Notes: generated by a model from the letters alone, not told the origin. A DNA stretch of 64,000 nucleotides from Rhodospirillales bacterium (GCA_021775095.1 JAJFII010000111.1:36801-100800); one strand, 5' to 3'; shown: positions 39,671-46,693, numbered from the stretch's first letter. Numbers and translations: made by a program.

Positions 39671-40564
39671 TTAAAACTGCTGCTGCAGTTTGCGAATATG
39701 GGCAACCCCGTTCGACGCCTCAATCGCCTGGCGTGTGGTGACGATGCCCCGGGCCCGCAACAGATCCAGCAACCGCAACCAGATGGCCGCCGTCACCAGC
39801 GCATCGCCCAGCGCCGTGTGCCGACCCTCGACGGTTACGCCCAAGCGGTTGGCAATGGCGTCGAGGGTATGGTTGTGACTGTCATGGTCGAGAAAAACCG
39901 ACAACAGCAGGGTATCCAATACCAACTGGTCAAATTTTACCCCGGCGGCGGCCTCCTTGAGGCTCAGGAATTTCATATCAAAGGCCGCGTTGTGGGCAAC
40001 CAAAATTGCGTCGCCCACATACCCGTGAAAATCCGCCAGAACCTCCGCTGCCGAGGCTTCGCCGGCAACCATCTGGTCGGTGATGCCATGAAATCGAATG
40101 GACGATTTTCGGATCGCAACGCCCGGGTTGATCAGGCGCGAAAAGCTGTCGGCGGTATCGACCCGCCCGTCGCTCACCCGGACCCCGGCAATCGACACCA
40201 GCTCGTCGCCGGCGGACGGATTTAGGCCGGTGGTTTCCGTATCAAACACCACAAAGTTTAAAGATTTTAGGGCCCGCCCGGCCAGCTCGCCGGCGTGCAT
40301 GGGGTGATCGAACCCGCCAAAGTCATAAAATTCCGGTCGCGCCGGCAGGTTTTTCCGGTCTTCCAGGCGGCGGCCCAGCCAGCGGTCGAGCACCGCCCAA
40401 CCGACACCGACCCACACAATTCCACCGACGCCGACGCTAAGGCCGGACAGCTTAAGGACAAAAGCGACACCCGCCAAAACCGCCAGGCCGCCGGCCAGCG
40501 CGGCAAAAACCCAGGCGCTCAGGTGCCGCACCGGCATCTGCAACAGTCGCTCCCTGACCTTCAT
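39671..40564 (-). CDS. membrane-anchored DEDDh 3'-5' exonuclease (DNA polymerase III epsilon-like)
   Basis: 297 aa with two N-terminal TM helices. Exo I FVVFDTETTGL, Exo II AHNAAFDMKFL, Exo III HTALGDALVTA. Confidence 0.85.
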   Translation of the reverse strand: MKVRERLLQMPVRHLSAWVFAALAGGLAVLAGVAFVLKLSGLSVGVGGIVWVGVGWAVLDRWLGRRLEDRKNLPARPEFYDFGGFDHPMHAGELAGRALKSLNFVVFDTETTGLNPSAGDELVSIAGVRVSDGRVDTADSFSRLINPGVAIRKSSIRFHGITDQMVAGEASAAEVLADFHGYVGDAILVAHNAAFDMKFLSLKEAAAGVKFDQLVLDTLLLSVFLDHDSHNHTLDAIANRLGVTVEGRHTALGDALVTAAIWLRLLDLLRARGIVTTRQAIEASNGVAHIRKLQQQF

Positions 40565-40674
40565 TTCTCCGTGCCCGCCAAATCAACGCCTCCGGTTGCC
40601 AGCCCGCCCACCTTAGCACAAGCGCCGGGTTTTGCGCAGGGGTGTGGCCCACTTTACGAGCATTGAACCTTATT

Positions 40675-40697
40675 TTATCTATTTCTGGGATAGATAA
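40675..40697. repeat. perfect inverted repeat in the AT-rich leader upstream of the Cas12/TnpB-like gene
   Basis: TTATCTA (40675-40681), a 9-nt spacer, then TAGATAA (40691-40697). Confidence 0.5.
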
Positions 40698-40750
40698 TTT
40701 CGATGTTTTGTGTAATTATCATGGCGTGTCTTGCGGAATTGGGGCGAATA

Positions 40751-41482
40751 ATGCCTGAAGTTCAATCGGCGTTTCTTACTGTTAAATACAAACTGCACAA
40801 TCCGTCGCAACGCCGACGGGCGTTGCTGCTTGATGCCATGCGCCGTGCTCATTTGGGTTATGATAAGATACTGAAGGCCGTAAGGTCCGATGTTGAAGCC
40901 ATTGCCGGCATCGAAGTTCGCAAAGACCGATGGGAAGCGGAGAAGACACTCGTCAAGAAATCGCAGGACCTGGCGAAGCCATTACCCATTGGGGCGGGTC
41001 CAAAGCAAGCCATCATCGCAGATGCTGTCGCGCAAGCCGCAAGTTACGTCGAGCTGAAGCGTGCCGACGATAACACATCCTATCCGACGACCCCCCGCCT
41101 CAAGGTGGAGAAATCCGATTTTGATGGCGCTATCGACGGAATCGCAAATTCACAGTCGATCATGGAAGAAAACGAATACCGAGACATGCTGGCAAAACTG
41201 TCGCGCCCCGGTATACCGCGCCCAATTAATATCCTCAAAAATCGTGTCAGCGATGGGGCGCTATTGTTAGAAGATCAAAAAGGGCGTTTGTTCGTTTTCA
41301 TCAATCTTTTACCAAGCACCGCAAAACGAAAACACCCGGTCGATTTGACAGGTTTGATTGATACCCGTACCGGAGAGGTCATGGCGAAAAAACAGCAAGT
41401 GGAGATCTGTTCCCGCTCGAAGGTAGCCAATGGCACACAAAGAAGTTCAGGAAACAGGGGACGTTACAATCGAGCCGTTTGA
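40751..41482 (+). CDS. TnpB/Cas12-like nuclease, N-terminal (WED/REC-like) reading frame, interrupted by a frameshift
   Basis: The ORF is open from 40703. The ATG at 40751 follows GGGG. MPEVQSAFLTVKYKLHNPSQRRRALLLDAMRRAHLGYDKIL follows the strand-then-helix pattern of TnpB/Cas12f N-termini. After the A6 run at 41387-41392 the frame decays into a short non-homologous tail. Confidence 0.7.
   Translation: MPEVQSAFLTVKYKLHNPSQRRRALLLDAMRRAHLGYDKILKAVRSDVEAIAGIEVRKDRWEAEKTLVKKSQDLAKPLPIGAGPKQAIIADAVAQAASYVELKRADDNTSYPTTPRLKVEKSDFDGAIDGIANSQSIMEENEYRDMLAKLSRPGIPRPINILKNRVSDGALLLEDQKGRLFVFINLLPSTAKRKHPVDLTGLIDTRTGEVMAKKQQVEICSRSKVANGTQRSSGNRGRYNRAV
41387..41392 (+). other. A6 homopolymer at the -1 frame junction of the nuclease gene
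   Basis: The zero frame reads GCG AAA AAA CAG. The -1 frame, or an A7 allele, reads ...MAKK-TASGDLFPLEGSQWHTKKF... and runs straight into the RuvC ORF. Confidence 0.7.
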
Positions 41483-42306
41483 TTTTTGACGGCCAGGATT
41501 TTTATTTTGCCTGTACCTTTCAATTTTCGTCAGAAATCAGAGAACCGACATCCTATCTGGGCAATGACCGGGGTATTGAAATGTTGGCGGCATGGTCGGT
41601 TGTGGACGGTGACGGGAAACGGATAGATGAGGGATGGATTAGCGGCGAGCGACTTCGTTCCGTGCAGCGTCGTCAAGAACGGGACCAAAAAGAAACGCAG
41701 CGCAAAGGTAAAGTTTATAAATCCAAAACGCGGCGCCATATTGCGGATGAAGAAGTCCACAAAGCCGCGAACGAAATTGTTGCGGCCGCAGTTAAACACA
41801 ATGCGCTTGTCGTCATGGAAGACTTGAAGACGATTTCTATGGGGCCGCATCATGCGAGGCCAAAAGGCGCGCGGAAAGGCGGATTTCGCCGAATGTTGAC
41901 GCGCGCGCAATATATGAAACTAAAACATTACGTCGGCTATCGGTTGTTGGTTGAAGGGGTCCCACCCATCCGGCGCGGAAAACCAAGTTTTATTGAAATC
42001 CATCCTGCTTATACGTCCGTTACCTGTTCAAAATGCGGACATAAGGACAAGGCAAACAGGCAATCACAGGCATTGTTTATATGTACAAAATGCGGACACA
42101 AAGAAAACGCAGACGTAAATGCCTCCAGCATGGTTGCTGGCAAAGGCATTCATTTTGATACAATTATTAGAGGGAGAAAAAAGGGGCAAAAACTGAAAGA
42201 CGGCGAACAATTTTCGGTCTGGTACGCCGATTTTAAAAGCGGGGCCAGGACACATGCAAATGCGTCTTGGTCATCGGCTCCGTGTTCTGCGAGGATGGGC
42301 GTATGA
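41479..42306 (+). CDS. TnpB/Cas12-like nuclease, C-terminal RuvC + zinc-ribbon reading frame
   Basis: RuvC-I YLGNDRGIEMLAAW, RuvC-II ALVVMEDLK, then IHPAYTSVTCSKCGH...FICTKCGH (CxxC..CxxC), and RuvC-III ENADVNASSMVAGKG. This frame is already open from 41362, reading ...TASGDLFPLEGSQWH. Confidence 0.85.
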   Translation: MIFDGQDFYFACTFQFSSEIREPTSYLGNDRGIEMLAAWSVVDGDGKRIDEGWISGERLRSVQRRQERDQKETQRKGKVYKSKTRRHIADEEVHKAANEIVAAAVKHNALVVMEDLKTISMGPHHARPKGARKGGFRRMLTRAQYMKLKHYVGYRLLVEGVPPIRRGKPSFIEIHPAYTSVTCSKCGHKDKANRQSQALFICTKCGHKENADVNASSMVAGKGIHFDTIIRGRKKGQKLKDGEQFSVWYADFKSGARTHANASWSSAPCSARMGV

Positions 42307-42457
42307 CCATGGTTTTCCATGGCTTACCCGCTTTGTGGATCGAAACTTCACGATGGAAAAACCGCTACGCGCAAGCTCGTTTAACGGTCGGCATAACCGG
42401 TTTCCATCACTTAAATTGTCAATTATCGTCGCAAGAACAAAGAGTTACACCATATCA

Positions 42458-42493
42458 GGCGCGGTTACTGGCGATTTGTGGGGTAACGGTGGC
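42458..42493 (+). repeat. CRISPR-like repeat 1 (36 nt)
   Basis: Exact copy of 42524-42559. It has internal GTTAC/GTAAC 5-bp complementarity. Confidence 0.8.
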
Positions 42494-42523
42494 TCGGTAA
42501 TCGTTAACGCACCATCAAACTGG

Positions 42524-42559
42524 GGCGCGGTTACTGGCGATTTGTGGGGTAACGGTGGC
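42524..42559 (+). repeat. CRISPR-like repeat 2 (36 nt)
   Basis: Exact copy of 42458-42493. Confidence 0.8.
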
Positions 42560-42591
42560 CCAATCAATTATTCGCTTTAACCTCGCGGTCC

Positions 42592-43875
42592 CTAATCGGG
42601 TCCCATGAAAAGGTCCGGTAAAAACAATACCAGCTCGGGAATGAAGGTGATCAACATCAACACCACGGCCAGGGGAATCAACATCGGCAATACGGCAATG
42701 ACGATCCGTTCAAACGGCACGCCGCTGACACTGGTCAGGATATAAAGCCCCAATCCCATGGGCGGTGTTGCGTGACCCATGAGAATTGCCAGGGTTAAAA
42801 CGAGTCCGAAATGAACCCGGTCAATTCCGTACTGATCGACAATCGGCAGGAGGATCGGCACCAGCATCAGCTTCAACGGCACATTCTCGATCACACACCC
42901 GAGAAGGAGGATCAGTATGATGCACAAAACCAAAAAGACGTTTTTGTCCTCGGTCAGCGACAGGAAGCTGTTGGCCAGCAGTTCGGGAATGCCTTCAATG
43001 GTCAGCACCCAACCCATGGCAATCGAGTAGCCGACGATAATCATGACGACGCCGGTCATGATCGTGGTATTTGCGATCGCCGCCCAAATGGCGTCCCATC
43101 GCAAGGTCCGCAGCACCGCGCCGACGAACAAAGAATAGACACAGGCCAAAACGCCGGCTTCCGTCGCCGAGGTGATGCCGGTGGTGATCGCGGTTAATAT
43201 GATAATCGGTGCGATCAGCGCCAGGATGCCGTCCTTGCCGGTCGCGATAATCTGGGAAAACGAGGCCTTCGGTTCGCGCGGGAAGCCCCGGCGTTTGGCG
43301 ATGATCCGGTTGTAAATCATCAGCGACAGGCCAACCAATACACCGGGCACAATGCCGCCTAAAAACAGCCGGCCGACGGATACACCGGACAGGAATGCAT
43401 AGACGACGAGGGCGATCGACGGTGGAATGATGGGCCCGATGATACCCGATGCCAGGGTGATGGCGGCGGCAAAATCCGGCGGATATCCACGGTCGCGCAT
43501 GGCCTTCACTTCGACCGCACCGAGGCCCGCCATATCCGCCGATGAGGATCCGGATACGCCGGCAAAAATCATCGATGACAGGACGTTGACTTGCGCTAAC
43601 CCGGCCTGAAAATGGCCGACCAACGAGGTGGCGAAGGCAAAAATGCGGTCGGTCATGCCGACCGCGTTCATCAGGTTGCCGGCGAGAATAAAAAACGGTA
43701 CGGCGACCAGAGCCGGTTTATCCACACCTTCGAGGATTTGGGTCGGTAAAATATACAAAGAATCGGACCAGCCGAAAAACATCAGCGAGGCAATGACCGA
43801 GGCACCCATGGCAAAGGATATGGGAATACCGAGCATGATAAGGACGAAAAAGCCGCCAATGAGAAGTGTCGCCAT
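42592..43875 (-). CDS. dctM: TRAP transporter large permease (DctM)
   Basis: 427 aa polytopic protein, with DctQ and DctP immediately upstream on the same strand. Confidence 0.9.
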   Translation of the reverse strand: MATLLIGGFFVLIMLGIPISFAMGASVIASLMFFGWSDSLYILPTQILEGVDKPALVAVPFFILAGNLMNAVGMTDRIFAFATSLVGHFQAGLAQVNVLSSMIFAGVSGSSSADMAGLGAVEVKAMRDRGYPPDFAAAITLASGIIGPIIPPSIALVVYAFLSGVSVGRLFLGGIVPGVLVGLSLMIYNRIIAKRRGFPREPKASFSQIIATGKDGILALIAPIIILTAITTGITSATEAGVLACVYSLFVGAVLRTLRWDAIWAAIANTTIMTGVVMIIVGYSIAMGWVLTIEGIPELLANSFLSLTEDKNVFLVLCIILILLLGCVIENVPLKLMLVPILLPIVDQYGIDRVHFGLVLTLAILMGHATPPMGLGLYILTSVSGVPFERIVIAVLPMLIPLAVVLMLITFIPELVLFLPDLFMGPD

Positions 43876-43890
43876 AAACAGGAACCTTAA

Positions 43891-44409
43891 TTAAGGGGAG
43901 GGGTCGGCCAGCTCATCCACCCGCCCGGTGATAACGGCGCGGGCCAGTTCAAGGGCCACATCACAGGCAATCAGAAGACAACTGATGAAAAACGGCACCG
44001 ATAACCAGAAGCGTTCCATTTCGACGAATTCCGACGCGTCTCCGACCTGCAGGGCGAGGATGCCAGGCGCCTCAATCAGCAACACCGCCAGAACAAACAC
44101 CGTCACAACTTTGCCGGCGACCCATGCGGCGAACCGCCCGCCCGGGGCAAGTCGTTCGATGACAAACGTGATCGCAATATCGCGTTTGCGCCGATAGATC
44201 ACGAAAAACACAAAAAAACTCATCCATACAAACAGCACGGTGGTCCAGGGAAAGACAAAGGAAAGGCCGCTGCCGGTGACATTGCGAATGGCGATGTTGG
44301 CGGCATTACCCGCCAACATTAACGTCAAACAGAGCACGGCGATGACCAGAAACAGCCGTTCAATCTGGTCGAACCAGCGGTTCAATCTGTCAATTGTGTT
44401 CATCTGCAA
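43891..44409 (-). CDS. dctQ: TRAP transporter small permease (DctQ)
   Basis: 172 aa with four TM segments, between dctP and dctM. Confidence 0.85.
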   Translation of the reverse strand: MQMNTIDRLNRWFDQIERLFLVIAVLCLTLMLAGNAANIAIRNVTGSGLSFVFPWTTVLFVWMSFFVFFVIYRRKRDIAITFVIERLAPGGRFAAWVAGKVVTVFVLAVLLIEAPGILALQVGDASEFVEMERFWLSVPFFISCLLIACDVALELARAVITGRVDELADPSP

Positions 44410-44418
44410 GGGCCCTGG

Positions 44419-45429
44419 TCAGGGATTGTTGGCCTTGTTGACCCCGGCTCTGAACCCGGCCGGCAATTCCCCGTCTTTTTCCCACTGGTCGAGAAGCGAA
44501 GCGACCTTTGCGACAAACGGTTTTGGATCCAGGGTCGAAAAGGTTACTCCTTTGGCTTTCATCCGGGCAAACGCCTGATCGACGGAGGACTGCATGACTT
44601 CGTGACTGTAAGCCGACGCCGCCGCATGGGAGTCCAGCAAAATTTTCTGATCGGCCTTGGAGAGTTTGTCGAAGGCGGCACCGTTCATCATAAAGGCAAT
44701 GGATTGGAAAAATTCCTGCAAGCGGGTGACGTTCGGGGCAACTTCATAAAATCGCATGGACTCAACCAGCGCGGCGGGGCTGGTTACCGCCTCAATAATG
44801 CCGCTCTTCATCGATTGATAAGTCGCGGTCCAGGCCAGGGTGCGGACCTCGGCACCGAGGGAATTATAGGTCAACACACCGAGCTTGCTATTGGCCTGGC
44901 GCATTTTGAGGCCTTTAAATCCGTCAATTGAAGTGATCGGGTTCTTCGACACAACAACCCGAAAGGGGCCCCGCAAAACACCCGTGATATCGCCCAATAC
45001 ACGAACACCACTGGCCGTTTCGGCTTTTTCACGCCACCCCGTCACCAGTTCGGAATTCATGAACCGGACCCAGGATTCCCGATCATTGAAGACGAACCGA
45101 GCGTAAACCCAGGCCATCTCCTTTGCCCATTTGTTCAACCAGGCGGGGCCTTCGGCGTAAATATGAACGGTGCCCTTTTGTAATTGTTCGAGAACCGCCT
45201 TGGATTTTCCCAGTTGCTCCGAGGGGAAAACCTTGACGTTAAAGCTGCCGCCGGAGCGTCGGTTCACTTCATCGGCAAAGAACTGGAAGACCTTACCTTC
45301 CGGACTTCCCGCTGGCATCTTGCTGGCAAAGCGCCAACTTTCGGCGTTGGCCGTCGCGACAAAAGCCATGGTCGCCAGCGCCGTAACCACACCCGCGATA
45401 ATATTTTTTGTGTATTTTCCCTGTGTCAT
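44419..45429 (-). CDS. dctP: TRAP transporter substrate-binding protein (DctP family)
   Basis: 336 aa with a signal peptide (VVTALATMAFVATANA) and a DctP-like fold pattern. Confidence 0.9.
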   Translation of the reverse strand: MTQGKYTKNIIAGVVTALATMAFVATANAESWRFASKMPAGSPEGKVFQFFADEVNRRSGGSFNVKVFPSEQLGKSKAVLEQLQKGTVHIYAEGPAWLNKWAKEMAWVYARFVFNDRESWVRFMNSELVTGWREKAETASGVRVLGDITGVLRGPFRVVVSKNPITSIDGFKGLKMRQANSKLGVLTYNSLGAEVRTLAWTATYQSMKSGIIEAVTSPAALVESMRFYEVAPNVTRLQEFFQSIAFMMNGAAFDKLSKADQKILLDSHAAASAYSHEVMQSSVDQAFARMKAKGVTFSTLDPKPFVAKVASLLDQWEKDGELPAGFRAGVNKANNP

Positions 45430-45487
45430 AGCCGTTCCTCCGTGAAGATCTGGTTGATTTATCCATCAAACTCATATTTTGTGTTAT

Positions 45488-45509
45488 TTGACATATTGTA
45501 GAATGTCAA
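45488..45509. promoter_or_regulatory. inverted repeat in the dctP/gntR divergent intergenic region (candidate GntR operator)
   Basis: TTGACAT (45488-45494), an 8-nt spacer, then ATGTCAA (45503-45509). The arms are perfect. Confidence 0.45.
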
Positions 45510-45628
45510 TGATATTTTCGTAAATTCCGAATCTTTGGAAACTTTTAGAAGCTGGGTTTTAGTCCTGGATGGCGCCCCACAGCCTGGACAGGATTGATCG
45601 GCAACCCGTTGAGCGGAGGGAATTGAGA

Positions 45629-46381
45629 GTGACAAGCGGCGTTAGAACACATCCCGATACGGAAGCCTATCGGGTCTATGAACGGCTGCGTCGGGATATC
45701 CGCAGTGGCCAGATCGCGCCCGGCACTCCGCTGCGCACGGAATGGTTGAAGACGACCTATCGGGCGAGTACCAGCCCGCTGCGCGAAGCCCTGGCACGCC
45801 TGCATGCGGAATATTACGTCAGCGCCCAGGGGAAACGCGGGTTTCGCGCGGCCGAGCTGCGGCGCGATGACTATGAGAACCTGATCGAATTGCGCAACGA
45901 TCTGGAATGTCGGGCCTTACGAAAATCCCTGGCCAACCGGTCGGAAAAATGGGAGGTCCGCGTTGTCGTCGCCCACCATGCCCTGAGTAAAACCACCATC
46001 CGTGCTGTCGACGATCTTGAGCAGGTGGAAAACAGGGAAGCCCGGCATCGCCAGTTCCATCTCGCCCTGTTGAGCGAATGCGGTTCGGCCTGGTTACTGC
46101 GGGCCTACGATCAGATGGCCAGTCATGCGGAAAGATATGCCCGCATCATTCGCCGTGGCGAGGTTGAACAGGCCGGCTATTTGGAACGGGTCGACAACGA
46201 GCACCGGAAACTCATGGACCTCGCATTTGCCGGCGCGACAGAGGCGGCCATCGAATTGATGATGGCCCACCGCGCGCGAACCTATGGCAGCGTTCTCGCG
46301 GCCATGGGGCCGACCGGGATTATGACCGGCGAGGCAACAGGCTTCGACCCGGGACTTGACTACGCATCGAACGCCCTGTGA
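45629..46381 (+). CDS. GntR-family (FadR/FCD subfamily) transcriptional regulator
   Basis: The ORF is open from 45569. The GTG at 45629 follows GGAGGG by 7 nt. It has the winged HTH YERLRRDIRSGQIAPGTPLRTEWLKTTYRASTSPLREALARL and an all-helical C-terminal domain. Confidence 0.85.
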   Translation: MTSGVRTHPDTEAYRVYERLRRDIRSGQIAPGTPLRTEWLKTTYRASTSPLREALARLHAEYYVSAQGKRGFRAAELRRDDYENLIELRNDLECRALRKSLANRSEKWEVRVVVAHHALSKTTIRAVDDLEQVENREARHRQFHLALLSECGSAWLLRAYDQMASHAERYARIIRRGEVEQAGYLERVDNEHRKLMDLAFAGATEAAIELMMAHRARTYGSVLAAMGPTGIMTGEATGFDPGLDYASNAL

Positions 46382-46558
46382 CGCCCTGTGACATTATGAA
46401 GGCGTTGTGATGTCAGGTGTCGTGCGACGCCGTTTAGCCTGTGTGGCAAGGCCCCGCTGGCAAATGAGCTGATCAGGCCTGACAGGCCAGGCCTGATAGG
46501 CAATGACAGGTTGCCGCTGGTCTGCGAGTTTGTCGATGCCTGTCGCCCCGGGCCTGTT

Positions 46559-46693
46559 TCAGCGTCTTAATCCAGGGCCCAACGTAAGCGCCGTGGTCAT
46601 GCCATCTTCCTGCAGCCGAAAATAAGGGTAAAGGGTATCAACGGTTTCGACCGCATCGCCAACGATTAAAAGAACTTTTCCACCGCCGGGCAT
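46559..46693 (-). pseudogene. truncated DJ-1/PfpI-family gene fragment (44 codons)
   Basis: Manual translation gives MPGGGKVLLIVGDAVETVDTLYPYFRLQEDGMTTALTLGPGLRR*. The KVL.L....E..E..YPY.RL.E.G pattern matches PfpI N-termini, and a strong GGAGG RBS is retained. Full-length family members are about 170-190 aa. Confidence 0.4.

Larger units (their letters stand above)
42458..42559 (+). CRISPR. minimal CRISPR-like array (2 repeats, 1 spacer)
   Basis: Two identical 36-nt copies of GGCGCGGTTACTGGCGATTTGTGGGGTAACGGTGGC flank the 30-nt unique spacer TCGGTAATCGTTAACGCACCATCAAACTGG (42494-42523). The array starts 151 nt downstream of the nuclease stop on the same strand. Confidence 0.7.

Noticed and set aside
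40703-40750. Upstream extension of the nuclease ORF (MFCVIIMACLAELGRI)
   Set aside because: The extension lies in the AT-rich leader, is hydrophobic and is unlike TnpB/Cas12 N-termini. The ATG at 40751 follows a G-rich RBS and starts the recognisable family pattern.
42323-42400. Possible degenerate third or fourth repeat, or a tracrRNA anti-repeat, upstream of the array (TTACCCGCTTTGTGG, TAACGGTCGGC, TCGGCATAACCGG)
   Set aside because: The similarities are only 6-10 nt, the spacing does not fit the 66-nt repeat-spacer period, and the complementary runs are only 6 nt. This is not distinguishable from chance by eye.
42254-42580. ORFs 42254-42580 (108 aa) and 42267-42500 (77 aa) containing a duplicated peptide GAVTGDLWGNGG
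   Set aside because: The duplicated peptide is simply the translation of the two identical 36-nt DNA repeats. The ORFs have no RBS and start inside the 3' end of the nuclease gene, so they are better explained as a noncoding repeat-spacer array.
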